Notes: a model not told the origin generated them from the letters alone. DNA of 64,000 nucleotides from Octopus vulgaris (GCA_951406725.2 OX597815.1:189348001-189412000); one strand, 5' to 3'; positions 1-12,794 are shown, counted from the first letter of the stretch. Numbers and translations: made by a program.

Positions 1-1051
1 AACCATCCGAACATGGCCGTAGCCAGTACCGCATCGACTGGCCTCTGTGATGTGGGCACATAACAAACACCATCCGATCGTGGCCGTTCGCCAGCCTCAT
101 CTGGCACCTGTGTCGGTGGCACATAAAAACACCAACCGAAGACCCGGCAAGACTAGTCAGGCCATAACCCGTGGACCCTACTTGGGACGTAGTCAGTCCA
201 CCTGTGCATACCTTCCTTCCTTCTTGTGACACTTGTGAAGACCTGTGAAGTCCTGTTGAGGCAAGTGAAAATCAAATCAATCAAATCAAAATAGATGAAC
301 ATCAATGGAATTTGTATCTTTGTGGTACCAGTGCCGGTGGCACACAAGAAATCCATCTGAACATGGCCGTAGCCAGTACCGCATCGACTGGCCTCCGTGC
401 TGTGGGCACGTAACAAACACCATCCGATCGTGGCCGTTCGCCAGCCTCATCTGGCACCTGTGTCGGTGGCACATAAAAACACCATCCGAAGACCCAGCAA
501 GACTAGTCAGGCCATAACCCGTGGCCCCTACCTGGGACGTAGTCAGTCCACCTGTGCATACCTTCCTTCTTGTGACACTTGTGAAGACCTGTTGAGGCAA
601 GTGAAAATCAAATCAAAACAAATCAAAATAGATGAACATCAATGGAATTTGTATCTTTGTGGAAATTAGTGCCGGTGGCACACAAGAAAATCATCCGAAC
701 GTGGCCGTAGCCAGTACCGCATAGACTGGCCTCCGTGCTTTGGGGACGTAACAAACACCATCCGAGCGTGGCCGTCGCCAGCCTCGTCTGGCACCTGTGT
801 CGGTGGCACATAAAAACACCATCCGAGCGTGGCCGTTCGCCAGCCTCGTCTGGCACCTGTGTCGGTGGCACATAAAATCACCCACTACACTCTCGGAGTG
901 GTTGGCGTTAGGAAGGGCATCCAGCTGTAGAAACACTGCCAGATCTGACTGGCCTGGTGCAGCCTTCGGGCTCCCCAGACCCCAGTTGAACCGTCCAACC
1001 CATGCTAGCATGGAAAACGAACGCTAAACGATGATGATGATGATGATGATG

Positions 1052-1052
<1 letters not shown>
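1..1052 (+). mobile_element. Family R repeat ((GAT)n-tailed, probably RTE-mobilised non-autonomous retroelement) with ~345-bp higher-order tandem duplication; 5' part outside window
   Basis: Recurrent GTGCCGGTGGCACRTAAAAA(G)CACC units; conserved 3' block GTTGGCGTTAGGAAGGGCATCCAGCTGTAGAAAC...CCAACCCATGCTAGCATGGAAAA ending in (GAT)n; same block at >12 sites in the window. Confidence 0.8.
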
Positions 1053-1281
<229 letters not shown>

Positions 1282-1289
1282 GATAGAAA

Positions 1290-1746
1290 TGGGAAGACAA
1301 CAAAAGAATGAAAGAGACCTCGATATTATGTAAATAGAGGAATTTATCTGTAAATGTAATAAGTGACAATTATTCAGTAGCCATGATAAAACTCAGAGTC
1401 TTGGATGTTGGTGTGGAAATCCACACCGCCATCTCTTCAATTATTCGGCCATCGGAAAAAATGCTCAATGTTGGTTGAGGACTCTGCCCCACAGAAGAAT
1501 TCAATATGGACGCCTACTACATCGAATTATTCTATGAAAAACATACCTATACCATCAAGGGACCTTTTAGAAAAAATTTGGAAAAAATCTAAGAAACTTT
1601 TGGAAAAAATTACCGACCTTATTGAGAGCATTTTTTCAGATGTCTGGACAACTGAAGAGATGGTGGCGTGGATTTCCACCTCGACATCCAAAACTTGGAG
1701 TTTTATCATGGCTACTGAATAATTACCACATATTACATTTACAGAT
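1290..1746. mobile_element. Penelope-like element terminal-repeat fragment in inverted arrangement, with degenerate hammerhead motif
   Basis: ~120-bp inverted arms 1346-1470 / 1625-1746; CTGAAGA-GATG...CATC-CAAAAC motif at 1652-1701 (GAAA damaged) and mirror copy on - strand; embedded in (TA)n. Confidence 0.55.
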
Positions 1747-1780
1747 ATATATATATTTATATATATATATATATATGTAT

Positions 1781-2181
1781 TCTTTTATTCTATTACTTGT
1801 TCCAGTCATTTGAATGTGTGGCCATGCTGGAGCACCATCTTTTAGTCGAACAACTCAACCTCAGGACTTATTTTTTTAAAGCCTTGTACTGATGCTATCT
1901 CTTTTGCCAAACTGCTAAGTTATGGGGATGTAAACACACCAACACTCAAGCAGTGATGGGCGGGGGGGGAACACAAACATACACACACACATATATGTGT
2001 ATATATATATATGCACTATATGATAGGCTTCTTTCAGTTTCTGTCTATCAAATCCACTCACAAGGCCTCGGTCAGCCCGAGGCTATAGCTGAAGACATTT
2101 GCCCAAGGTGTCACAAAGTGGGATTGAATCCAGAACCATGTGGTTGAGAAGCAAGCCTCTTACCACACAGCCAGGCCTGAC
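1781..2181 (-). mobile_element. SINE family A (tRNA-derived head, CORE-like CCTTGGGCAAGT, internal TA/TG microsatellite, (AAAAGAGT)-like tail)
   Basis: Matches >12 other copies in window. Confidence 0.85.
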
Positions 2182-2685
2182 CCTAGCTATATATTACTTA
2201 CATTATAGTACACATACATATATATATATAAATGTATGTGCACAGGCATCTCAAAAGTAAATAGACACCATGATGTTTGAAATATTTATTTCTAGAAACA
2301 AAATATTGTTTTTTGATATGTTTAAATACTTAATCTAGTTGTCATATCTTTTTTGTATTACATTAACAAGTTTAAAGTACCAGGTAATGTCTGCAGAGAT
2401 AAAATAATATTATCTATTTATTTTTTAGATGTCTATGTAAATATACACACATGTATATATATATATGTCAATGACTATCGAAGAGATTGCAAGAAGCAAG
2501 AAAATTTTAGAAAAAATAAAAAAGTAAATGAGTGGAAATTGAACAGGTGAGGGTGTTAGTTAATAAGGCATTAAAACAGAATGACTCTCCCAAGACACAA
2601 TAAAATATGCTTCAACACACGAATTCACTCAAGGAATCTTGCAAACCAAATACAAACACGAAATATATATATATATATATATATA

Positions 2686-2997
2686 TTGCCAGTGCCACTG
2701 GAATGGTTCCTGTGCAGGTGGCATGTAAAAAACACCATTTGAGTGTGGCCATTACCAGTACAGCCTCTTCTGGCTCTCGTGCCAGTGGCACGTAAAAGCA
2801 TCCACTACACTCTCAGAGTGGTTGGCATTAGGAAGGGCATCCAGCTGTAGAAACTCTGCCAGATCAAGATTGGAGCCTGGTGCAGCCATCTGGTTCACCA
2901 GTCCTCAGTCAAATCGTCCAAACCATGCTAGCATGGAAAGTGGATGTTAAGCGACGCTGATGCCGACGATGATGATGAGGATGAGGATGAGGATGAT
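2686..2997 (+). mobile_element. Family R repeat, 3' portion
   Basis: Two structural units + AGGAAGGGCATCCAGCTGTAG block + GAT tail. Confidence 0.8.
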
Positions 2998-3409
2998 CAC
3001 CTTGAAAAAGGCTAGTGAAAATAATGTCCCTGTACATGATGTCAGCAAAGTTCTTGAGTAAGTCTGGCATGAGAATCTCCCAGTTAAACTGTGGGTTCTG
3101 TCTAACTCTCATCTCTCAGAATGGAACCTTTTTTGTCAGATCATACCAATGCAATGTGCACTTGTGGGCCTTCTTCTGATCTACATCCTGTCCATTTGAT
3201 GTGCCACAAAGTTCAGTTATATCCCCTCCACACTCTTCCTCCTCAACATTAATGACTTTCTTTGGTGTCTCCTTCAAACACTGCACATCATACCAGTCTT
3301 GAGATTTTCTTAACCATTCATATGTAGGCATAATGCTCAGTCAACATAAGCCTGTCACATCATACCTTTACTGCCCCTACAAACAAGGATTTCAGAAACA
3401 TCTTCCAAT

Positions 3410-3821
3410 GCACAGGAGTGGCTGTGTGGTAAGTAGCTTGTCTACCAACCACATGGTTCCAGGTTCAGTCCCACTGCGTGGCACCTTGGGCAAGTGTCTT
3501 CTGCTATAGCCCCAAGCCAACCAATGCCTTGTGAGTGGATTTGGTAGACGGAAACTGAAAGAAGCCCGTCGTATATATGTATATATATATATATGCGTGT
3601 GTGTGTTTGTGTGTCTGTGTTTGTCCCCCTAGTATTGCTTGACAACCGATGCTGGTGTGTTTATGTCCCCGTTACTTAGCGGTTCGGCAAAAGAGACCGA
3701 TAGAATAAGTACTGGGCTTACAAAAGAATAAGTCCCGGGGTCGAGTTGCTCGATTAAAGGTGGTGCTCCAGCATGGCCGCAGTCAAATGACTGAAACAAG
3801 TAAAAGAGTAAAAAAAGAGTA
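3410..3821 (+). mobile_element. SINE family A, full length
   Basis: A-box-like TGGCTGTGTGGTAAG, B-box-like GGTTCAGTCCC, tail AAGTAAAAGAGTAAAA. Confidence 0.9.
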
Positions 3822-4304
3822 ATGGAAACATAATAGGCTTTCTCCTTTAACGACACAAATACACAATCACTGTAATACAGTATTTCCTCTAATCTTGACA
3901 ATTTTACAACTAAAACCTTTAAATTCACTACTGTGCTAGTATTTATGCTCATAATACCTGATATCTGTTTGCGATAAATGTATTATAGCTAAATCCCTAT
4001 CTCAGTAGCGGCTTACCTCATCAAGGCCAGAACAGGCTTAAAGTGAGATCAATTACTGAAACTCTATAAAGCTCCAGCATGGGCTACTATGCAGTACTCT
4101 TCCCAGTACCTTTTACTATCTAAGAGATGTAATGTAATTGATATCCCCGGATTACTTACTGTGTGAGATAACTAAACTGAAAATACCCTTTAAGGCTCAT
4201 CCCTCCACATATCTCACAGCCAAATCCCATAATCCCATTTAGTGCACATGCACTGAAGTGGTACATACAGACAAAGAACAGGGCCTAACACTCTCCAACG
4301 ATAT

Positions 4305-4520
4305 TACTTTCTACTATAGGCACAAGGGCTGCAATGTTAAGGAGAGGGGCCAGTTGATTGCATCAAACCCATTGCTCAACTGGTATATACTTTATTGACC
4401 TCCGAAAGGATGAAGGGCAAAGTCAACCTTGGTGGAATTTGAACTCAGAACGTAAAGTCAGACGAAATGTTGCTAAGCACTCTGCCTGGCTTTCTAACAG
4501 TTCTGCCAGCTCACTGCCTC
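4305..4520 (-). mobile_element. SINE family M (Meta-domain-like), older copy
   Basis: Reverse complement of GACTTTGCCTTTCATCCTTTCGGGGTCGATAAA core with TCTGAGTTCAAATTCC B-box-like motif. Confidence 0.75.
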
Positions 4521-4751
4521 CATTTATATTACTGGTACTAACACAAATGTCATAAACTGCATGCAAAAACAAAACCATCTGACTCATTAGCAAAGATTGG
4601 CTCTTCAATGCGCAAAATCACTGACCCTCAGATGTGTTTGAGGGTCAGCTATGACAAACAGCTTATCCCCATCACAACTAACCAGTTACTTACTGCATCC
4701 TCTAAATCTCTTCCATTTGTATCCCCATCATGTCTCCTTCCTGCTTAGCCC

Positions 4752-5529
4752 CAGCTCCGTCATGTGACTTTTAGAGGCCCCTGCAAACTTTTTTGTTTCG
4801 AGGCCCCCACCCCTTCAATCAAAATTCATAATCTACGCACCTTTTATTCATAGCTATATTTTACTTTATTCTATCTGAAGTTCAATGTTTCACGTTATTC
4901 TAAAGAACATCTTTAAAAATACAACTCTTTTATTCTTTTACTCTTTTACTTGTTTCAGTCATTTGACTGCGGCCATGCTGGAGCACCGCCTTTTTTTTTA
5001 ATCGAGCAACTCGACCCCGGGACTTATTCTTTTGTAAGCCCAGTACTTATTCTATCGGTCTCTTTTGCCGAACCGCTAAGTAACGGGGACATAAACACAC
5101 CAGCATCGGTTGTCAAGCAATGCTAGGGGTACAAACACAGACACACAAACACACCCACGCATATATATATATATATACATATATACGACGGGCTTCTTTC
5201 AGTTTCCGTCTACCAAATCCACTCACAAGACTTTGGTTGGCCTGAGGCTATAGTAGAAGACACCTGCCCAAAGATAACATAGACAATTCACAAAGTCTGG
5301 TACACGTTCGTGGTACAATGTAATATTTTTACAAGAACCTTTGCAGGTACAATGTATTACCGTTTTATGTCTTGAAATTTTCAGTTAACATCGATAGTTT
5401 AACTCTTGTTCAACATCTTAACCAAAGTAAATAGATAACTCATCTACGCACTTTGGTCTTACAATGGGCTCCTCAACCGTGGAGGCCCCCTGCAGCTGCA
5501 GGGGCTGGAGGGGCTTAGCGACAGCCCTG
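4752..5529. mobile_element. hAT-type non-autonomous DNA transposon (contains inserted SINE A)
   Basis: CAG...CTG termini, subterminal GAGGCCCC motifs, 8-bp TSD CTTAGCCC (4744-4751) / CTTAGTCC (5530-5537). Confidence 0.7.
4924..5272 (-). mobile_element. SINE family A, head-truncated, nested in hAT MITE
   Basis: Sequence identity with other family A copies. Confidence 0.85.
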
Positions 5530-5960
5530 CTTAGTCCCATACTAACAACAATCCCAAATCTTCAATCCTTCTTCCTCAGAATGGTAATTTTCTAGAACTC
5601 TCTTGCTCCACATTTTTTTAATGCATTCATAAATCTATAGTTGATCAAGCTAAACATCAAACATATTGATCTCATCAGCCTGGAAGGATGGAAAGTAGTG
5701 GGTTGCAGTGGTCCTTGGCACTGTTCCCATCCAAGTTAAGAGATGAAACGTAAAAACAGGAAACCAGTAGCCCAAATATTTTTAATCTAACCACTTATGT
5801 TCATTCTTTAATATGTATTATATTTTTATTTGGAAAGAGAATATTAATTACCAAAGGCTAAATCAAATATGTATGACACACATCAAAGCTTCTTCTACCC
5901 TTAATTTACATTATTGAATTATATTGCAATATCATTATGCCAATGAGAAACCCTCTAGAG

Positions 5961-6217
5961 CAGTGGTTCATGGCTTTTTTTTTTCCTAAGGACCTCTTTG
6001 ATTTCTATTTTCCTAGGTGGACCCTCATAGTAATCTGATATCTAGAATATCCTAGTATACTTTTATAATTAAATATTATCAGGAATTGTGCAAAAAAAAT
6101 TGTTAAAATATTTTGTGTATTGCAAAAGTATAACCAATTTATTGCACATACATTTTAACAGGAAAACATTCTATATGGACCCCTAAGGGTCATATGAACC
6201 CTGGCTGAGAATCATTG
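5961..6217. mobile_element. hAT-Charlie-type MITE
   Basis: Termini CAGTGGTTC.../...GAATCATTG; 8-bp TSD CTCTAGAG / CTCTAGAT (NTCTAGAN typical of Charlie). Confidence 0.8.
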
Positions 6218-6608
6218 CTCTAGATGATTGCTCAATCTGCAAGAAATAACAGTAAGATCTTACTTCTACCGTATCCTGATCACCTAATATAATAATGAGT
6301 GTAGTGTTTTTATAAATTTGCACACACACACAGACACACACACACAGATATATTTGTCCAGAATCACATTGGATGTGAAGGAGGAGAGAAAATATTAATT
6401 CAGTGAAGGAAAGGTAGTGAGAGTAATAGCCCTGACTGAGAGGGAGTGAGAGAAAGTAATAGCAATGGGAGATAGGAGGGGGTGGAAAAAATCAGTGTTT
6501 CAACTGTGTGTTGTGTGAGTATATGTGTGCATGTGTGTGCATGTACAAGAGAAACATGTGAATGTTTGTATGTGTGATTATTATGTACCTTATTTTGTAC
6601 CTTATATA

Positions 6609-7146
6609 TCATCATCATCGTTTAACGTCCGTTTTCTGCGCTAGCACGGGTTGGACAGTTCGACCGGGGTCTGGGAAGCCAGGGGCTGCACCAGGCTCCA
6701 GTCTGATCTAGCAGTGTTTCTACAGCTGGATATTTTTCCTAACGCCAACCACTCCGCGAGTGTAGTGGGTGCTTTTTATGTGCCACCGGCACAGGGGCCA
6801 CGGGAGTCTGGCATCGGCCATGATCGGTTGGTGCTTTTAACATGCCACCGGCACGGAAGCCAGTCAAGGCGGCGCTGGCATCAGCCACGTTCGGATGGTG
6901 CTTTTTACATGCCACCGGCACAGAAGCCAGTCGAGGCGACGCTGGCATCGGCCACGTTTAGATGGTGCTTTTTATGTGCCACCGGCACGGAAGCCGGTCA
7001 AAGCGGCGCTGGCATCGGCCATGTTCGGATGGTGCTTTTTATGTGCCACCAGCACAGAAACCAGTCTAGGCGGCGCTGGCATCATCCACGTTCGGATGGT
7101 GCTTTTTATGTGCCACCGGCACAGGTATCACAACTACTATTTCCAT
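6609..7146 (-). mobile_element. Family R repeat with six tandem units (67-bp period)
   Basis: GGTGCTTTTTAYRTGCCACCGGCAC at ~6768, 6830, 6897, 6964, 7031, 7098; (CAT)n tail at left. Confidence 0.85.
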
Positions 7147-7147
7147 T

Positions 7148-7196
<49 letters not shown>

Positions 7197-8396
7197 CTAC
7201 AGTTAGCTGTTGTTATTGATGGTTCGTGGTCAGCTAGTATTTAATAGAAGGGAGAAAAGTACATTGGAGAAACATAATCTTGGATACATTATAAGTGAAA
7301 CGAAAGACAAATTGGCTTTGAGTGGAATGCCTTTGATCATAGGTCAGCTAAGCTTCAACGATAGTAACTGCAGTATTTCCTGTGTTTTATTGACAACATT
7401 CAGTGTTGTTTATCCTGTATTAAATATCAACTGTATCTTTGTTAATGAAACACAACAGTTATAAACATTGAGTAGAAAAAAAAACAGATCTCTTGTGTTT
7501 ATTTGAAATGAATCTTAGCTGCCAGACACTTATTATTCTATTGTCTTTGTAGTAGCCAAACATGTCACAAATTTTCTTTGATTTTGATAGTCTTAAGAGT
7601 TCTGAGTTTAAAAATAACCATTGCTATCCATCAAATCCATGGAGTTTGTTTTCAGGAATATTTGAAATTTGGTGAAAGAAAGAGAATGTTTGAGACGATA
7701 CAAAAATTATTTATTTAAGAACAAAAGCTAGTTTAAGATCTTCAGATGATAATAGCTATGATTAGAGGCTGAATGAAGAAATCGAAATATTTTGTAAATT
7801 GCCAATTTAATGTGTGAGAATTATCAGAAAAGCTTTTGATTGTCGCTTCAGAAGGTCATCGTCTTACTATGATCATTGTTTAAGAACAATAATTGCTTGA
7901 GGAATTCATTTACAGAATGTATAGATAATAGACTGTACTGAATTCTTCAGATATAAGATCTGACAATTTGCCACATGTTCATTTATGAAATCTATAGAAC
8001 CAATTACTTTCACGGAAGAGACATTACTAGCTGTTAATAATACTGCCTTTAATATGATAATCATCAGGTTGGACAACGCAAGGCATCAACAGCAGTGCTA
8101 TTTGACTAATGTGACAGCAATAATATTAGCAATGGCAGTAATAGCGGTTTTGTTATTGGTAGTAGCTGTAAAATAAGACACTCTACAGAGGATTAATCAA
8201 GATTACCATTGGCAAATGACATTGTTATTATGATTTGTGAGACTTGGCCAAAGATATCAATAAAATATTCCTCTGCTGCTGTAGACATGCAGCTTAAGCA
8301 CTTTTACCATTGTCGCTCGCTGTTTATTGTTGGCGTATCTATTTTCTTTACTGGTTTTGTAATGTTTGTTGACATTCACATCATGATTGCTGCTGA

Positions 8397-8787
8397 TGTT
8401 TGTTTGTTTGTTTGTTTGTTGAGCGAAACGGTCCTTCATCCCGTCTGTAGTGGGAGAAGTCCGAAACGTGGTCCTTTGCTATTCGTAAGACCCGCAGAAG
8501 AGAAAGCAGGTCAACCCTTCCGACACCGAGAGCATTGATGGATGGATGAATGTGCACCCAGGCTCAGCGGTTGCGTAGGAAGTCGGGGACAAGAAACAGG
8601 AAGAAAGAGTGAGAGAAAGTTGGAGCGAAAGAGTACAACAAGGGTCGTCACCATCCCCTGCCGGAGCCCCATGGAGCTTTAGGTATTTTTGCTCAATAAA
8701 CACACACAATGCCTGGTCTGGGAATCGAAACCGTGATCCTCCGACTGCGAGTCCACTGCCCTAAACATTGGGCCATTGCACCTCCAC
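8397..8787 (-). mobile_element. tRNA-Arg-like-headed SINE (OR1/OR2-like), subfamily with (AAAC)n tail
   Basis: Head GTGGAGGTGCAATGGCCCAATG...GGACTCGCAGTCGG...GTTTCGATTCCC on - strand, shared with 53303 and 57085 copies. Confidence 0.8.
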
Positions 8788-8911
8788 TGCTGTTGATGTT
8801 AATGCTGAGCCATTTTCCTGTGGACATCATAGTGCTTACTGTTATTGACATCAGGAACATGGTCATTTATGAGTATTATAATTACAGGTATTGTCAATAT
8901 GTGCATATTGA

Positions 8912-9325
8912 CGGCGAGCTGGTAGAATCATTAGCACTCTGGGCAAAATGCTTAGCGGAACTTTGTCTGCTGCTACATTCTGAGTTCAAATTCCACCGAC
9001 GTCGACTTTGCCTTTCATCCTTTCGGGATTGATTAAATAAGTACCAGTTATGCACTGGGGTTGATGTAATCGACTTAATCCATTTGTCTATCCGTGTTTG
9101 TTCCCGCTGTGTTTAGCCCCTTATAGGTAGTAAAGAAATAGGCATTTCGTCGGCTGTTTCGTCTGAGTTCAAATTCTGCCGAGGTCGACTTTGCCTTTCA
9201 TCCTTTCGAGCTCGATAAATTAAGTACCAGTTACGCACTGGGGTTGATGTAATCGACTTAATCCCTTTGTCTGTCCTTGTTTGTCCCCTCTATGTTTAGC
9301 CCTTTGTGGGCAGTAAAGAAATAAG
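8912..9325 (+). mobile_element. SINE family M, tandem dimer
   Basis: GGCGAGCTGGTAGAA head then two copies of CTGAGTTCAAATTC..GTCGACTTTGCCTTTCATCC..GTAGTAAAGAAATA. Confidence 0.85.
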
Positions 9326-10091
9326 AAGCTTGCTTCCCATTCACATGGTTCCAGGTTCAGTCTCACTGCATGAAACCTTGGACAAGTGTCTTCTCAAGCT
9401 GACCAGAGCCTCGGGAGTGGATTTGATAGATGGAAACTGAAGGAAGCCTCTGCTGTCTAGGAAACATATATAGGCTGGAGTTTACCTGCTCCGATCCCAG
9501 AATTTGGACATATTGATATGTGTGTGTGTATATGTATCTCTGTGTCTGTATTTGACTACCAACGTTGCTTGACAACCAGTGTTGGTGTGTTTACATCATC
9601 ATCATTAACGTTTAACGTCCGTTTTCCATGCTAGCATGGGTTGGACGGTTCGATCGGGGTCTGGGAAGCCAGGAGGCTGCACCAGGCTCCAGTCTGATCT
9701 GGCAGTGTTTCTACAGCCGGATGCACTTCCTAACACCAACCACTCTGTGAGTATAGTGGGTGCTTTTTATGTGCCACCGTCACAGGGGCCAGAAGAGGCT
9801 GGCAAGCAGCCACGATCAGTTGGTGCTTTTACATGTCCCCGACACGGATGCCAGTCAAGGCGGCGCTGGCATCTGCCACATTCGGACAGTGCTTTTTACG
9901 TATCACCGGCATGGGTATATCCCTGTATTTTAGTGGTTCAGCAAAAAGAAGCAGTAGAATGAGTACCAGGATTAAAAGAAAATAAAAAGTAGTCAAGACA
10001 ATTGATTCAACTAAAAAATTCTTCACAGTGTTGATCCAGCATGGTCGTAGCCTAATGGCTGAAACAGGTAAAAAGATAAAATACAAAAGAT
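9325..10091 (+). mobile_element. Older SINE family A copy interrupted by a family R insertion
   Basis: 5' part 9325-9594 and 3' part ~9925-10091 are collinear with the family A consensus. Confidence 0.7.
9595..9915 (-). mobile_element. Family R repeat
   Basis: CAT tail, conserved 3' block, three units. Confidence 0.8.
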
Positions 10092-10807
10092 ATAAGTTAC
10101 ACTCGGCCGTAAACAATCGAATAGTCAAACAACCAAATTCTAGATGTATTTATTCCAAATGTTTGTTAGTTACCAGACTTTTGCTATTATTATATTATTA
10201 TTTTGGTAGCAAAAACATCAATGCAACGATTGAAGTGAAATTTTGGAAAATAACAACACTTTTATTTCTTTTTTAGACTGTCAGAAAAACCAGCAAGTTG
10301 AATATCCTTTTTATATATTCATTTATATATTTATATTTATATTTATTTTGCTCTGCACAAAAGCAGAAAAATTTTGTTTTTATTAATTTTGATATCCTGG
10401 TCGTTGTACATGTAATTTTTTTTTGCGGGGGGAAAAAAAATATCGTTTCTCAATATTCTGTACTTATTTTATATTTTGAGTGACATGGCCGAATTTGTTC
10501 AGCATCATTCTAAATCCTATCAGCACCAACAACATAAATAAGAAAAAAAAATGGCAAAATTCAGATTCCGTTGATCCTTATTAAATATTAATGTAAAATA
10601 TCAAATTAATGCCAAATGGAAGCTACAGGACAAGTGATCTTATTGTAAGTCCTGTCAGATATTTTCTGCAAATTGTGATAACACTATTTGCAATCTTTCA
10701 AAATTTGCTTTTTTTTTTTTTGGTCCTCTCATAAACAACAATCCCAGATTCCCGAACCACTTGTCATTTCGATGATATGAGAAATAACACTAATATTAGA
10801 TATGGAT

Positions 10808-10835
10808 AAATAATAATAACAATAATAATAATAGC

Positions 10836-10871
<36 letters not shown>

Positions 10872-10880
10872 TATTATTAT
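10808..10880. repeat. (TAA)n microsatellite, 5' flank of R4/Dong element
   Basis: Visible repeat. Confidence 0.9.
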
Positions 10881-12754
10881 TTTGTTTATCCTTAATACCT
10901 CTCTCAAAGCTGCTCAATGACGCGCAGTACGGGTATAAAATGTTTGATAAAAATATAAATCATCTCATTTACATGGATGATTTAAAGTGTTTTGCAAAAA
11001 ATGACCAACAACTCAAGGGCTCACTGGCGATAGTCAAACAATTCAGTGACGACATCAGAATGCAATTCGGCCTCGATAAATGTGCAAAAGCTACCTTTAT
11101 CAAAGGAAAAATGACAGAAACATCTAACGTTAACCTTGACCAGCAGAATGTCATAAAAGAACTAGACCCAGCGGAGAGCTACAAGTACCTAGGGGTAATT
11201 GAAGGGAACGGAATAAGGCATTCAGAGATGAAGGAAAGGATCAGGAGAGAATGCTATCGAAGAGTGAGAGCAATACTCAAGACAGAGCTGAATGCAAGAA
11301 ACAGGATCGAAGCGATCAATGCATTAGCCATACCAGTCGTGACTTACAGTTTCAATATTGTTAACTGGTCAATTACTGAAATATGTCAGCTCGACAGAAA
11401 AATAAGGAAACTGTTGACAATGCATAGAATGCACCACCATAAGGCAGATACAGAACGACTCTATCTGCCAAGAAAAGAGGGAGGCCGTGGTCTTTTGCAA
11501 CTGGCAATAACAATAAAGATTGCTACAATTGGCCTAGACACCTACCTGAAAAACTCTGAGGACTGGATGTTAAAACTTGTCTCAAAACATGAAAACAAGA
11601 AAGCATCATACTCAGTCACAAAACAGGCAAAGGAATATCTAAGTGAATTCTGAATACAACCAATTTCGGAATTAGAGATAGACATACAAGAAACAAGCAC
11701 AGAAAAAGCTAGGCGCATGAAAACCCGTGCCAAAACTGCGGCCTTAGATATTCTGAATAATAAATGGCAAGAAGAACCTCTCTATGGCAAATACCCAAAG
11801 AGAGCGAATAATGCAGATATCGACAAAGCCCTGACCCATCAATGGCTAATGGCCTCTGGCTTAAAATCTGAAACAGAAGGGTTTATCATAGCAGCTCAAG
11901 ATCAATGCCTACCAACAAGAAACTACCAGGACAACATATTAAAGAACGGCAGTAGCCCAACATGTCGTGTATGCCGACAACAAAATGAAACCATTGATCA
12001 TGTTGTCTCCAAATGCAGTCTTCTAACGCCTACAGAGTACCTCAGTAGGCATGATAGAGCTGCACAATATATTCACTGGGTAATTTGCAAAAACCTGGAT
12101 TTGCCCCATGAAAAAAACTGGTGGGAACACAATCCACCTCCAGTGCTTGAAAATGACCACATCTCACTCCTCTGGAACTTCACCATTCAAATAGGCCAGA
12201 CATCATATTGAAAGACTTCAGACAAAGAACATGCCTCCTCATTGATATGACTGTCCCAATCGATATAAACGTATCTGTCAAGACCTACCAAAAGCTGAGC
12301 AAATATAAAGATCTTGAAATAGAAATCAGCAAAATGTGGAAGCTGAAGACTAAAACAATACCTGTTGTCATAGGTGCCCTGGGAATGATAGCAAAAGGGA
12401 CTGATTGCTACCTAACTCAGATACCAGGAAACCCCAAAATGGCAGAAATTCAAAAGATAGTGCTCATGGGAACTGCTCATATCCTACGCAAAATACTCTC
12501 TATGTAATCCCAAGGTTTAAAACAAACTTTTTTTTTATTTTTATTTCTTTTTTTTAATTTTATTTTTTAATTTTTTTTTTTTAAATTTTTTTTTTATGTA
12601 TTAGACATTCACTAGTACAACACCAAAAAAAAAAACAAAAAAAAACAACAACCCCCCAAATATATGGCACAGAACTTCCAACCTGTTGTCTCTTGAGGTC
12701 TCTGGGTGAGACTTGGAGCCAACTTGTACAGACATAAAGCAAAAGTCAAACATA

Positions 12755-12757
<3 letters not shown>
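10875..12757 (+). mobile_element. 5'-truncated R4/Dong-clade non-LTR retrotransposon (RT + CCHC + restriction-like endonuclease), pseudogenised
   Basis: RT motifs LLFCLSLIPLS, HLIYMDDLK, FGLDKCA, YKYLG; CRVC-x5-ETIDHVVSKC zinc knuckle; RHD; RPDIILKD...LIDMTVP...KYKDL; in-frame TGA at 11651 and deletion/frameshift ~12190; stop 12507; 3' UTR ends in (TAA)n. Confidence 0.92.
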
Positions 12758-12790
<33 letters not shown>

Positions 12791-12794
12791 TAAC

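Noticed and set aside
860-935. Twister or HDV-like ribozyme upstream of AGGAAGGGCATCC in family R
   Set aside because: Such ribozymes occur at RTE 5' ends, but the required conserved motifs and pairings could not be assembled here by eye; a covariance-model search would be needed.
3000-3335. Minus-strand ORFs 2909-3112 / 3116-3331 as a host exon
   Set aside because: No recognisable domain or convincing splice sites; at best a faint resemblance to a decayed RTE LINE C-terminus, too weak to call.
6765-7125. CRISPR-like repeat-spacer array interpretation of family R units
   Set aside because: Eukaryotic context, no cas genes, and the 'spacers' are homologous to each other; these are internal tandem units of a dispersed retroelement.
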